This document shows positions 13,122-26,991 of a stretch of 64,000 nucleotides of DNA, one piece after another (the first letter of the stretch is position 1; every line of letters starts with the position of its first letter). The stretch is from Octopus vulgaris (Eukaryota). The notes beneath the pieces were generated by a model. That model did no database searches. It was not told the DNA's origin and was given only the letters and a program-made list of their open reading frames with translations. The DNA lies in NCBI GenBank assembly GCA_951406725.2, contig OX597815.1, positions 9,610,001 through 9,674,000 on the forward strand, in the 5' to 3' direction. A program made the translations under genes and the position numbers.

Positions 13122-13921
13122 ATATATATGTATGTATGTATGTATCTATGTATGTATCACCTTCATTATCATCCTCTCATCATCATACTTTATCTTCTCT
13201 TTTTCCATGCCAACATGAGCTGGAGGGTTCAACAAGAACAGACGAGCCAACGGGATGCTTTGGCATGGTTTCAACAACTGGATTCTCATCTTAACACTGA
13301 CCACTTCACAATGTAGTGGGTGTGTTTTACGTAGCACTAGCACCAGTGAAGTCAATAAGTACCCACAAGACAAGTCATCCCAACTGAGAAGAGTATGGAA
13401 TGGTGAGATAAGAAAACTAGGATAGAGGAATAGGAGCAGGTATCTTACTGAAGAGTGACTACATAGCTGACCCAAGGGGAATTTGAGATAATAGGATAGA
13501 GGAGAAGGCTTCTATGCAGTTTCTGGCTGAAAATTCCCTTACAAGGTTCTGGTTCTCTTGGGGCTATTGTAGAAGACATTTACCCAAAGTGCCATGCAGT
13601 GGGACAGAACCTGAAATCATCTGGTTGCAAAGTGAGCTTCTTAATCGCACAGCTATGAACGAGTTGCAAAAACAGTTCCTGGAGGGACATGAATCGAAGA
13701 AATAAATGCATGGGTATGGAGATTTAATGGTGATGGATGATATGCACTGGGAGGAAAACAGATTGTTAATGCATTCCTGGTTGGGGCAGCTGGAGAAGGA
13801 CACGGAATTCAATATTCAGGTCAGAACTGAAAAATAATAGATTTCTGCTAAAGAATTGAAGTGAATGAATACATAATATTTTGCAGACCTGTCAACATGA
13901 TGGCTTGGGAAGCTGGACAAA

Positions 13922-13997
<76 letters not shown>

Positions 13998-14176
13998 TAT
14001 GATGATAATGATGTTGATGATGATGATGATGTTGATGATGATGATGACAACGACTAACTTATACTTTACAGATTGAACACACACACGCAAACCCTTTGTT
14101 GTTGATAATAGCAGAAAGCGAACTCAATACCATGGTTAGAGTTTAATAATTTATTTCACCTGGGAGTTTTTTTCTA
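11989..14176. repeat. Local inverted duplication (arms about 11989-12322 and 13778-14176)
   Basis: ctcccagctgaaataaattattaaa...ccttctccagcagccccaacca is reverse-complementary to tggttggggcagctggagaagg...tttaataatttatttcacctgggag. Confidence 0.9.
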
Positions 14177-14243
14177 GCCACTTCAATCAGTCAGGGATTG
14201 GGAAAACACCAGAGTAAGACTACTTAATATCTCTGTCTCTCTC

Positions 14244-14292
<49 letters not shown>

Positions 14293-14911
14293 ATACCTAC
14301 ATACATATATACATACATACATGCATACATACATACCTACCTATATGCACGTGTGTGTGAATAGACACACATACACACTTGCACATGGACACATACATGT
14401 ATACATACACACATACAAACATACATACATACATACATACATACATACAAACATACATACATACATACATACATATACACTACCCTAACATACTCATCTG
14501 ACGTTGCAAGTATGGAAAAGTTGACGCTAAAACAATAACAATAATGATGATAATGATGATGATTTTGATGGTGATGGTGATGTTGATGGTGATGATGATG
14601 ATGATGATGATGTATTTGTGTAAATAGGGAACTTCTTTTCATTAGAGATACTGATGTTGATGCTTCATCTTTTTTTATTAAGGATTTTTGAAAATAAATT
14701 TCTTTATTAGCATTCTATGTTTAGCTTGAAATGAAGGCATTTCAACAAAAGCCATTAACATTTTTTGACATTCCTAAGATGGCAAACAGGCAGAATCATT
14801 AGCACACTAAGTGAAATGCTTGGTGGTACTTTGTCCATCCTTATGGTCTAACTTCAAGTTCCACAGAGGTTGACTTTGCCTTTCATCCTTTCAGGGTCGA
14901 TAATACAAGTA

Positions 14912-15331
14912 CCTATTTCTTTACTACCCACAGGGGGCTAAACACAGAGGGGACAAACAAGGACAGCCAAAGGGATTAAGTCGATTATATCTACCCCAGT
15001 GCATAACTGGTACTTATTTAATCGACCCCGAAAGGAGGATAGGCAAAGTCGACCTCGGTGGAATTTGAACTCAGAACATAAAGACAGACGAAATACCTAT
15101 TTCTTTACTACCCACAAGGGGCTAAACACAGAGAGGACAAACAAGGACAGACAAACGGATTAAGTCGATTATATCTACCCCAGTGCGTAACTGGTACTTA
15201 TTTAATCGACCCCGAAAGGATGAAAGGCAAAGTTGACCTTGGTGGAATTTGAACTCAGAATGTAATGGCAGACGAAATACCACTAAGCATTTCACCCGGC
15301 GTGCTAACGATTCTGCCAGCTCGCCGCCTTC
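14912..15331 (-). mobile_element. tRNA/Nin(Deu)-domain-like SINE (family B), one head plus 2 bodies
   Basis: TSD ataatacaagtacc at 14900-14913 and 15334-15347; inserted into an older family B copy. Confidence 0.88.
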
Positions 15332-15449
15332 AAATAATACAAGTACCAGCTGAGCAGTGGGCTTGATGTAACTGATTTACTCTCTCCTCAGAAATTGCTG
15401 GCCTTGTACCAAAAGCTGAAACAAACATTTTATGAAATTCTTAAGAAAG

Positions 15450-16578
15450 CTCCTACCCCTACTGGCGACAAAGGGTCTCTCGCTCAGAGTGAAAGGTAGA
15501 TTGTATGATGCATGTGTGTGAACTGCCATGCTTCACGGTAGTGAAACATGGGCCATGACTGCAGAGGACATGCGTAGACTTGAAAGAAATGAAGCTAGCA
15601 TGATCCGCTGGATGTGTAATGTCAGTGTGCATGCACGACAGAGTGTAAGCACCCTGAGAGAAATGCTAGACATAAGAAGCATCAGATGCGGTGTGCAAGA
15701 GCAACGCTTGCGATGGTATGGTCATGTACTGCGGATGGATGAGGAGAGATGTGTGAAGAAGTGCCACCCCCAAACAGTTGAAGGTATCAGGGATAGATGT
15801 AGACCCAGGAAGACATGGGATGAGGTAGTCAAGCATGACCTCAGAGCACTGGGCCTCACTGAGGCAATGGCGAAGGACCGAGATCTCTGGAGATATGCTG
15901 TGACTGTAAAGACCCGGGCTGCTTCCTGCACCAGTTCCGCATAGCCCCTGCCCATTCAAAGTACCCTGGATTCCAGAACATCCCACTGTGCTTGAGGAGA
16001 CCTGTTGAGTCAAGTACATGAACATGAACATCGAAATAAATATCAATGGAAATAGTAGTTGTGATACCTGTGCCGGTGGGACATAAAAAGCACCATCCGA
16101 ACGTGGCCGTTGCCAGCCCCACCTCGACTGTCTTCTGTGTCGGTAGCACATAAAAAGCACCATCCAAACGTGGCCATTCCCAGTGCCGCCTCGACTGGCT
16201 TCTGTGCCAGTGGCACATAAAAAGCACTGTCCGAGTGCTGCCTCGACTGGCTCCAGTGCCGGTGGCACATAAAAAGCACCATCCGAACGTGGCCGTTGCC
16301 AGCGCCGCCTTGGCTGGCTTCCATGCAGGTGGCACGTTAAAAGCTCCAACCGATCGTGGCTGATGCCAGACCCCCCTGGCACCTGTGCAGGTGGCACGTA
16401 AAAAGCACCCACTACACTCGTGGAGTGGTTGGCGTTAGGAAGGGCATCCAGCTGTAGAAACTCTGCCAGATCAGACTGGAGCCCGGTCCAGCCCCTGGCT
16501 TCCCAGACCCCGGTCGAACCGTCCAACCCGTGCTAGCGCGGATAACGGACGTTAAACGATGATGATGATGATGATGAT
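15450..16578 (+). mobile_element. RTE-clade LINE 3' portion: ORF end, 3' UTR with ~60-bp repeats, (GAT)n tail
   Basis: MLHGSETWAM...RLRWYGHVLRMD...RPRKTW are typical RTE C-terminal motifs, contiguous with the abundant GAT-tailed repeat. Confidence 0.9.
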
Positions 16579-17392
16579 CCTCTAAATGAAATAATAGTAT
16601 TGGTATATTGTTTAGATACTTTGTACTGCAATGTGTACATCACAAAGGACCATGGAAATATCGTTGTAACTGCTTAAATATAATCAATGCTGGAATTGAA
16701 ATTGTAGATTTCATAGTTTATTTCACATATGTCGTATCTCAGAGTTGATTTTTATAGTACCATTAATAAAGCTTCTCTTTTTCTCTGCTAAGAAATCAAG
16801 AGTTCTACAGACAATTCTTGATTTCATCTAACAAATCAACCAAGGATTAAATAGATCAACAAGATACACAGAACAATGATTAAACAGATCAATGATTAAG
16901 AATAATGACTAATGAAGCCATAAATCAACAGATATTCACACAAATGAACCGACAGATAACACATCGTGCAGACCATCAGTCCAATTGATGAACAAATATA
17001 TAATCCAATAAAACAAGATTAGATGTGTATATATGTGTATATATGTGTGTATATATGTCAACAAATCAAGTGTCCAAACATACAATGACCCAACAGATTA
17101 ACTAAGTCAGACAAGTGAAGCAACACCAGCAATAAAGTTGAGATTGAGTTGGATATTGAAATACGCCTAATGTTACGCTTGGCTGCTTTTATTTGTGGTT
17201 CTGTTTCGGTGGTGTTTGAATAGGCTCATATCAAGGCTGAATGATCCTGATTGGTTAATTTCCTCATGACATCATTAAAAGTATTTGTGGGAGTTCTATT
17301 CGTTAATTTTTAGCTTACAATACAACAATCAGTGAATTTGATGTTTTGTGAAAAGAAGGTTATTGATTACACTCTTGAAGATGTAATTACAG

Positions 17393-17762
17393 GTGGAGGC
17401 GCAATGGCCCAGTGGTTGGGGCAGCAGACTCACGGTTTCGATTCCCAGACCGGGCGTTGTGAGTGTTTATTGAGTGAAAACACCTAAAAGCTCCACGAGG
17501 CTCCGGCAGGGGATGGTGGTGATCCCTGCTGTACTCTTTCACCGCAACTTTCTCTCACTCTTACTTCCTGTTTCTGTTGTACCTGTATTTCATAAGGGCC
17601 GGCCTTGTCACTCTCTGTGTCACGCTGAATATCCCCGAGAACTACGTTAAGGGTACATGTGTCTGTGGAGTGCTCAGCCACTTACACGTTAATTTCATGA
17701 GCAGGCTGTTCCGTTGATTCGGATCAACCGGAACCCTCGTCGTCGTAACCGACGGAGTGCTT
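17393..17762 (+). mobile_element. SINE family C variant with TSD
   Basis: Same head as 3311 but a different 3' half; flanking direct repeat aagatgtaattac. Confidence 0.85.
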
Positions 17763-18378
17763 TAAGATGTAATTACTCATTTTGGAAGGTCCAATCACTT
17801 TCGAAGATTTCTCAGTTGGGAAACAACGAGTCCTAGCTTCAATTTCTTGGCAAAGAACAATTACATATCTGTCTGATATGTTGTTATTGCTTATTCAACC
17901 ATGGGTTCATAATTTGTAAGAACTATATTTTCTTTCTTTGTCTGCGTTTGATCAGAACAATGATAAAGTAGAAGACAAGGGATTGTCTAATTGCTTGCTT
18001 CAAGGACCCCAGGTTCTTAAACTTGTTTATGTGTTGTGAGCCCAACTTTCTATAATTGTAATTATGAGCCCGACTTTCTCATAACTGTAAGCCCAAATTT
18101 CTAACCACTGAGCCATGCACCTTCACAATTAAGAGATGTAAGCTACACTGAATTGCTTGATTGTCAATAACAAACCTTGTTTTAATGGAACACTTTTATG
18201 CAATGACATAAAAGCAAAATATTTATTCTCCTTGGCCAGATTCAAGAGTGAAAACTAGTTCATACCAAATGTGAAAAGTATTATTATATCTAAAATGGAT
18301 ATATCAATCATTATTTGTTATTCACTATAGCTAAAAGGGATACAATAAATAATCTTAAATGAAGTATTTTCATCTATC

Positions 18379-19236
18379 TATAGGGTGCAATGGATAAATT
18401 GCTGCCATTTTATATTTTTAATTTCGCGCATCTGCATTGTTTGTTTTTGATTTTGTTGACTACACAGTATAGTAGGGTCAGTTGGGCACTGTCTGTGAGA
18501 AAAACAGCACCATGACATAATTCACTCTGACAGAAATTTGGAAACGACATGCTGTTCTGCTTGGCATTCATGACAGAAGTTCCAATATGAACATCTCAGA
18601 GTGTTTGGGTGTTGTTCTGAGGACAGCGCAGTCTGAGGACATGTACCGAGAGTGATAAAAATCAAACATCCAGTCAACATCATGGTGTTTGGAGTGATCA
18701 CTAGTGATGGCAATGCTATGCCTCCGTTCATCTTCCCACATGGCCTCACACTCAACATGGAGGCTCTGGGTAGTGCTGCCCAAGAGGGTGGCTGCTGGAA
18801 GAACCTATGTCTGGCAACAGGACTCTGCACCATGCCACACAAGCAGGAGAACCCAGTCATGGCTGTCAGACAATTTCAGGGACTTACATCACCCCTGACA
18901 TCTGGCCACCTAACTCCCCAGACTGCAACCCCCTTGATTATTGTATGGGGCACAGTGGAGCGAGAGACCAACAAAACTCCTTGTAACAACAAAGATGAGC
19001 TAAAGGTAAGAAATTATGGCAGCATTCACCAACTTAAACAAGGAGACTGTCCAGAAGAGTTACAAGAGCTTTCAAAGTCATCTGGAGGCCGTGGTTGAAG
19101 CCGATGGGGATTTTATTGAATAAATTTACTCTTTAGTATTTCAAGATATTTGGTAAATATACTTGTTAAAATGAGATGTCAGTGTTATTTTCATTTTTGC
19201 GTAATTTAGATGACAGTTTATTCATTGCACCCTGTA
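18379..19236 (+). mobile_element. Internally deleted Tc1/mariner (maT/DD37D-like) transposon
   Basis: TIRs agggtgcaatggataaa / tttattcattgcaccct with TA flanks; broken transposase motifs IMVFGVITSDG, WQQDSAPCH and WPPNSPDCNPLD. Confidence 0.85.
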
Positions 19237-20164
19237 TATATATATAATGAGTTCATGCCTTTAACTAAATTACATCTGGTTAAGAAATATACCATAAGAT
19301 TTCAAGTTCACTTTCATTATGTGGCATTGTGGGAAAGTGTCTTGTGCACTAGCTTCAAGCCAACAATAGCCTTCTCAGCAAAATTTGATGAAAGAAACTG
19401 TGCTGAAGACTATCAGATGTACATACTGATAGTATGTATATACTGGCAAAAAATTAATTAATGAAATATTTGCATCATTCCAAAAAAGTTATTTTCATGA
19501 ATTTAGTTATCTTCAAATCATGTCCCTTTTTGCCAAGGTAGATTTGCCTTTTCTTTCTTATAAAAAGGGAGAATGACTATCAGACAAAGAAATAGAGTCA
19601 TTATAATCTACTAGGACTCCTTGAGGTGGTGCTCCAGCATGACAGTGGACCAAAGAGTGACACCAGTGAAGGAATAAAATAATACTAGACTGTCAGAGAA
19701 TTAATTTGGGTAATATATTTCATTAGATTGTCTTGGAATTAATTAGGAAAATATTTTGACTATCTTGGAATTAAATATGTATTTATGAAATATATTTACA
19801 TATATACGTATGTGTGTGTGTTGTGTGTGTATAAATATATATATATATATTTCATTATATTGCCTTAGAATTTGGGAAATTTATTCAATTAGGCTGTCAG
19901 TCTTAGAATTAATTAGGTAAAATATATTTGCAAGTTATTAGTAATGTTTGAAACATTAAAAAAAATTATATATATATATATATATATATCATCATCATCA
20001 TCATCATCGTTTAACGTCTGCTTTCCATGCTAGCATGGGTTGGACGATTTTGACTGAGGGCTGGCGAACCAGACGGCTGCACCAGACTCGAATCTTGATT
20101 TGGCAGAGTTTCTACAGCTGGATGCTCTTCATAACGCCAACCACTCCGAGAGTGTAGTGGGTGC

Positions 20165-20202
<38 letters not shown>

Positions 20203-20219
20203 ACACACATACGCACACA

Positions 20220-20261
<42 letters not shown>

Positions 20262-20375
20262 GAGAGAGATATTATCATCATCGTTGTCATCGTCATCATG
20301 GCATAGTTTAGATGGTTTAACTGGAACTGGTAAGCCGGAAGGCTGCACCAAATTCCAGTCTGATTATATATAATA

Positions 20376-20534
20376 GGCACAGGAGTGGCTGTGTGGTAAG
20401 TAGCTTGCTTACCAACCACATAGTTCCAGATTCAGTCCCACTGCATGGCACCTTGGGCATGTGTCTTCTACTATAGCCTTGTCGAATTAAAGCCTTTGTG
20501 AGTGGATTTGATAGGTGGAAGCTGAAAGAAACCT

Positions 20535-20570
<36 letters not shown>

Positions 20571-20855
20571 AGGTTCCTTTCAGCTTCCACCTATCAAATC
20601 CACTCACAAGGCTTTATATATATATATGTTTGTGTGTGTGTGCGTGTGTGTGTTTGTGTTTCTGTGTTTGTACTCCCACCATCGCTTGACAACCAATGTT
20701 GGTGTGTTTACATCCCTGTAACCTAGTGGTTCAGCAAAAGTGACTGATAGAATAAGTACTAGGCTTACAGAGAATAAGTCCTGGGGTTGATTTGTTCGAC
20801 TAAAGGTAGTGCTCCAGCATAGCCGCAGTCAAATGACTGAAACAAATAAAGAATA
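20376..20855 (+). mobile_element. SINE family A with internal fold-back
   Basis: Family A head and tail; inverted duplication at 20488-20616. Confidence 0.8.
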
Positions 20856-21217
20856 AAAGAAAAAAAAGAATATTCCTTCCTGCTATCTCTCTCCTGCTCT
20901 TGCTGTCCCCTAATCTCTCTCTTTCTTTCACTGGCTGAGTAATCCTGTGTCCCCTCTACAGCAACAGACCTGTTTCTGCTCTCATTCTTGATCATTCTCT
21001 TTCCCTCCTTCTGTTACTCTTACCCTTGGCCAGGTAACCATGCATCTCCTTTAGAACAGCACGCTTCTTTCTTGTTAACTTCCACTCACTCTCTAGGTAA
21101 CTGTTTCTGCCCTCATTCTTGCTAAGCCTCACTCTCTTTCTCTTGTTCTCTTTCTCTTGTTCTCTTTCACTTATATATTTATGAAAGAAACTGTGAGAAG
21201 ACTATCAGATGTACATA

Positions 21218-21451
21218 CCTATTTCTTTACTACCCATAAGGGGCTAACACAGAGAGGACAAACAAAGACAGACAAACGGATTAAGTCGATCATATCGACC
21301 CCAGTGCGTAACTGGTACTTATCTAATCGACCCCGAAAGGATGAAAGGCAAAGTCGTCCTTGGCGGAGTTTGAACTCAGAACGTAAAGACAGACGAAATA
21401 CCGATAAGCATTTCACCCGGCATGCTAATGTTTCTGCCAGCTCGCCGCCTT
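21218..21451 (-). mobile_element. SINE family B monomer
   Basis: TSD tcagatgtacatacc at 21205-21219 and 21452-21466. Confidence 0.9.
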
Positions 21452-22455
21452 TCAGATGTACATACCTGTATGTATATACTTGCAAAAAATTAAGTAATGA
21501 AATCCTTGCATCATTCCAAAAAAGTTATTTTCTTGAATTTAGTTATCTTCAAATCATGTCCCTTTTTGCCAAGGTAGACTTTGCCTCTATGGCAAGGCAT
21601 CTATTTCTGCCTCTCTGTGACACTCTAATCTTTCATCATCTAACACAGGATCACCTCCTCCAATGCTTCTTCCCTTCTCAAAGACTCTTCATCTTGCAAA
21701 GTCACTTGGTGACCCTGCATGTGCAGGTGTCACTTTAAAAGCACCCAGTCCACATTGAAAGTAGTTGGCATTTGGAAGGACATCCACCAATAGAAACCAC
21801 ACCAAAACTGACCTTGCCTGAGTATCATGTAAAAAGCACCCAGCCCTCTCTATGGAAGGGCATCCCGCAGTAAAAACCATGCCAAAACAGACACAATAGC
21901 ATAGCGAAGGCTCCCATGTCAGCCTTGGTTTCTATATCTGAATGCCTTTCCTAATGCCAACCACTTTAGTGTGTGTTGGGTGATTTTTTTTTCAAGCCAA
22001 TTAGCGTAGGTGTAAGATAAATACAGTAAAAATAGGGAGGTCAGTGGGGCCCCATTTAAACAGCCCTTCAGAAATCAAACCTCCTTACAATACTCCCTGG
22101 GAGTTCATTGTATGAAATTCATTGTCATTGCTCCAATTTAGACTCCAATGCCATGTATTTAGTTTAAAATTCAGTGGGTGGATGGATGGATGGATGGATG
22201 GATGGATAGATGGATAGATGGATAGATGGATATTACTATTATCATTGACATCATTTAATGTCCGTTTTCCATGCTGGCACAGGTTGGACAATTTCACAGG
22301 ATCTGGAGAGCTGCAGGATTGCACCAATGGTCTATGAGTAATTAACGAACATAAAAACGTAGCGGACAGAGAAAGAATATTCAAATTAATATTTATTGCC
22401 CCAGCATGGCCACAGCTCGTGAGCTGAAACTAGATAAAATAAAATTTAAAAAATA

Positions 22456-22832
22456 ATAAAGCTGAAGTTGTCTGTGTATAGCAGGTTTAGTAGCCTTCAA
22501 CTAACACTATCTCTTCTGAGACCCTGTGGCGCAAGTTGACCAAAATTGAGAGTATGATAGAAGAAGGCTTGCTCTTCCTTCCGTAGAAGAAAAAATTCAA
22601 ATCAGACCCTGTTAAGAGTAAAATTATTTACATCAAAAAGGCGCTTTTTTCTATGAAAAACCCCTTTTTTACGATATTTTGACTGCTGTGTCGCCATTTT
22701 TCGGTGTATTTCAACCTGAAAAACGTTCACTTAAAGAGAATAACAAGCTACATAATGCAAAAATTTTACTTTCAAAAATTCTAATTCTAAAGGGTTGAAA
22801 CAAGCCCGAGCAACGCCGGGCGATTCTGCTAG
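22456..22832 (+). mobile_element. Non-autonomous Helitron
   Basis: 3' hairpin cccgagcaacgccggg followed by CTAG|T; near-identical to 58958-59344. Confidence 0.8.
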
Positions 22833-23449
22833 TTAAGATATAAACAAGGGAGATAATGAAAAAGTATCTACTTGGCCACTTGATCTGTTAAAGATAGAAA
22901 CCAAATCCCTCTCCAGTCACATCCAACTGTGATATATTGGGACAAGACAAATCACATTAGATGCGGTAAATTTAGATAATCTTCAGAAGACAGTATAGTC
23001 ATGGCTGGAATACATTTGATCATAATATTAGAAAGATAATGGAAGATCATGTACATGGTCATTACACCTGCTAGAAATACCAGCAAAGTTTCCTTTATGC
23101 TGCACCCAACAGACTTTAAAAAAGGACATTGTTAAAGACTAGATGGTCATGGCTGGCACACAATTATCATAGATCTGCTCAATCAGTGCTGACCTAGAAT
23201 AAGCAGCAACAGCTGCAGTGGATGAGCTTCTATGTTTTTTTTTAAAGCAAGACACACTATCACTACAAGCAGATCTTCTCAGTAATCACTAAAACCACTC
23301 AGAGCTAACCAATCAGCCAGCCAGCCAACCACTACAACTGCCACAACCACCATCACCATCATCATCATTATCCCCCTCTCTCACAAAATCACTATAAGTA
23401 GCTTTTACTGTTCCTCCTTTCTCACTATTTAAACAGAATGGGAAATATA

Positions 23450-24000
23450 AGTGTATGTGATCTGGAGTCACCTTGGAAACAAGGCTGCCAACTCAACGGC
23501 CTCAGATCACTAAATATAGATGTTGTGGCTATCAGTGAGTTTTAGGCCCATTCTCAGTGGTTCTGAGATTAACTACAGTATTCCAGTGAGGTTTAGATCC
23601 CAAAATAAGGGCCATCTTCCTGGACCCAAGTTGGTTGTCCTGGATGTCAGCAGTAGTGACTGGAGTGTTTTCAGACTACTGGCTGTTTATGTTCCAGCAG
23701 GGGCAGGACAACCAGATTTCTTCAGATGTCTGGCCGTTTTCCTAGGAACATCTCAACCTTTAGTGGGTGTCTGGAATACCATCTTGGATGCACATTTAGA
23801 TTATGTGGAGCTAGCTGTTAGAAGGGGAGGATGCAAAGGCCTCACATACCTGCTCAAACACTTTCAACTGTCTGATAGTTACTGACTGGATTTCTTGAAT
23901 GTGTCAATGTGGACATGGACGAATTGCATAGGGTCATCCAGGTCATATCTAGATAGAGTTTTCTGTAGGCCAGTAGATAAGTTGATTTGTCCATATAGTC
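23450..24000 (+). mobile_element. Decayed L1/Tx1-like LINE endonuclease fragment
   Basis: FRLLAVYVP, VGVWNTILDAHLD, and WTWTN...SSRSYLDRV are APE-endonuclease-like motifs. Confidence 0.65.
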
Positions 24001-24751
24001 ATCTTGTTCATGAGAACCAACAGCTTAACATCAGTGTAGAATTGAAATTTCCCATAATATAACTTTGCACCAACTTTAAGTAAATAGTCCATGCATAATA
24101 TTTCAAGTCTTTAACCATTAAGACAGCAATTTCCTTTGCTATGAGTGTGTCCAAGTAATCTATACTCATAAAAAGCTTCCTTAAATTCAATTTCCTGTTA
24201 AATTTTTTTCTGAGAAGAACTGACAACTTTATCAACAACATCAACAATATAAAGAGACCTAGTATAGAATGGCCTCTATGTGACAGATCAGTCTACAAGA
24301 ATTAGTAGCCAAATCTTTCTCAAATTACACCTTCCCAACTTAAAAAGGTCAGATTACTTCATGCCTTCTAGGGCACATTATATGTGAAAAGGTAAGTTGA
24401 CCATGGCAGGAATTCCTTTAATCATAGGATTTTAAATCAACAACCGCAATCAATATTTAATCACATATTCAGCATTGCTGGTTATCGTCACCATTCTTAT
24501 ATTAAATGGAGATGGCATGGGGCTCAATGTTATTCTAAACTTTTAGCATTCAGATTATTTTGTCAAATTTAATACTTTTTTTATTTACACTTTTTAAAAC
24601 TAATCATGTATTATCATGTAGCTTTGAGATTTCAAGGACATGATTGTTTATTTTTAGAATCACATTGCAGAGTAGGCGTGAGAGGCTGGATCTGGCCAGT
24701 TTGTACATAAAACAAGTAGAATATTTGGGCTGGATATGACCAGTTTAAATA

Positions 24752-25348
24752 CCTATTTCTTTACTACCCACAAGGGGCTAAACACAGAGAGGACAAGCAA
24801 GGAGAGACAAATGGATTAAGTTGATTATATCAGCCCCAGTGCGTAACTGGTACTTATTTAATTGACCCCGAAAAGATGAAAGGCAAAGTTGACCTTGGCG
24901 GAATTTGAACTCAGAACGTAATGGCAGACGAAATACCTACTTCTTTACTACCCACAAGGGGCTAAACACAGGGAGGACAAACAAGGACAGACAAACGAAT
25001 TAAGTCGATTATATCAGCCCCAGTGCGTAACTGGTACTTATTTAATCGACCCCAAAAGGATGAAAGGCAAAGTTGACCTCAGCGGAATTTGAACTCAGAA
25101 CGTAACGGCAGACGAAATACCTTTTTCTTTACTACCCACAAGGGGCTAAACACTGAGTGGACAAACAAGGACAGACAAACAGATTGAGTCGATTATATCA
25201 GCCCCAGTGCGTAACTGGTACTTATTTAATTGACCCTGAAAGGATGAAAGGCAAAGTTGACCTCGGCGGCGGAATTTGAACTCAAAACATAATGGCAGAC
25301 GAAATACCACAAAGCATTTCACCCGGCATGCTAACGTTTCTGCCAGCT
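24752..25348 (-). mobile_element. SINE family B, one head plus 3 bodies
   Basis: Three ~184-bp units; a single TSD cagtttaaatacc at 24741-24753 and 25349-25361. Confidence 0.9.
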
Positions 25349-25929
25349 CAGTTTAAATACCACAAGGCTAAGCACTAAAGATTTGTGATCAGTTTTGAAG
25401 CTGGAAATTAGTTGAGTGGGACTTGACTGTTGAGTTGTTGACCTGAAAAATGATGAGCTTCAGAGAAGATGATTTAGCAGTGGGGATATTTGAATGGCGG
25501 TACAGGTACACTACCGATTTTCCAGCACTTTTGGTTCCAGAACTGTACCAAAGCATCCACTTTGTTGGATTAATAGAAGACACATAATAATAATTTGTGA
25601 TAAATTCCAAGAAAACTGATACCACACTATTAATAACATTTTCACTATTACACCTTCATGACACACCTTTTTTATTCATGAGAAACGTGTCACAAGTGTG
25701 AAAATGTTTCCTGGAAATGGAGATACATAACGAAACATTGGTTTCAAATTTTGGCACAAGGCCAGCAATTTCAGGGTAGGGGCTGCTAAGTTGATTACAC
25801 CAATCCCAGTGCTCAACTGGTACTTATTTTATCGGCCCTGAAAGAATGAAAGGCAAAGCCAACCCTGGCAGCATTTGAAATCAGAACGTCAAGACAGATG
25901 AAATGCTACTAAGCATTATACCCTGCATA

Positions 25930-26577
25930 CTCTCTCTTTACTCTTTACTCTTTTACATGTTTCAGTCATTTGACTGCGGCCATGCTGGAGCACCGCCTTT
26001 AATCGAGCAACTCGACCCCGGGACTTATTCTTTTGTAAGCCCAGTACTTATTCTATCGGTCTCTTTTTGCCAAACTGCTAAGTGACGGGGACGTAAACAC
26101 ACCAGCATCGGTTGTCAAGCAATGCTAGGAGGACAAACACAGACACACAAACATATACACACACACACACATATATATATATATACATATACATGACAGG
26201 CTTCTTTCAGTTTCCGTCTACCAAATCCACTCACAAGGCATTGGTCGGCCCGGGGCTATAGCAGAAGACACTTGCCCAAGATGCCACGCAGTGGGACTGA
26301 CCCCGGAACCATGTGGCTGGTTAGCAAGCTACTTACCACACAGCCACTCCTGTGCCTATTATCTAATTTTTTAAAATTTTTTAGGGACAAACAGACACAC
26401 AAACACACACATGCAACAAGCTTCTTTCAGTTTCCGTCTACCAAATCCACTCACAAGGCTTTGGTCAGCCCGAGGCTATAGTAGAAGACACTTGCCCAAG
26501 GCACCACACAGTGGGATTGAACCCGGAACCATGTGGTTGGTAAGCAAGCTACTTACCACACAGCCACTCCTGAGCCT
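25930..26577 (-). mobile_element. SINE family A full copy plus adjacent partial copy
   Basis: Family A matches at 25930-26356 and about 26385-26577. Confidence 0.8.
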
Positions 26578-26991
26578 ATATGCAAACAATTGTGCCAGCT
26601 GACTCCCTCAAAACAGAATTGAATATTAAAAGGTATTCTGTCTAATATTCTACCAATTCTGTCAGAATGATGATTTTTTGTTCCTCATAGACACAATGGA
26701 GACGGCTACAGACAATGGAATCCCCCTCAGTATTTTACTGATACTTATTTCATTAAAGCTGGAGATATGAAAGACAATACCAACACTGACAGGAATTGAA
26801 ATCAATCTTTGATGCGGCACAGGCATGGATACATGGTTAAGAAGCTTGCTTCCTGGCCACATGGTTCTGAGTTCAGTCCTACTGTGTGGAATTTTGAGCA
26901 GGTGTCTTCCACAATAACCTGAAGTTGTGTGTGTGTGTGTGTGTGTGTGTGCATGCATGTGTCTGTATATAAGTATTTGTATACATGTCGA

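Noticed and set aside
17171-17865. Possible solo LTR (TGTTA...TTACA)
   Set aside because: No target-site duplication and no second copy in the window.
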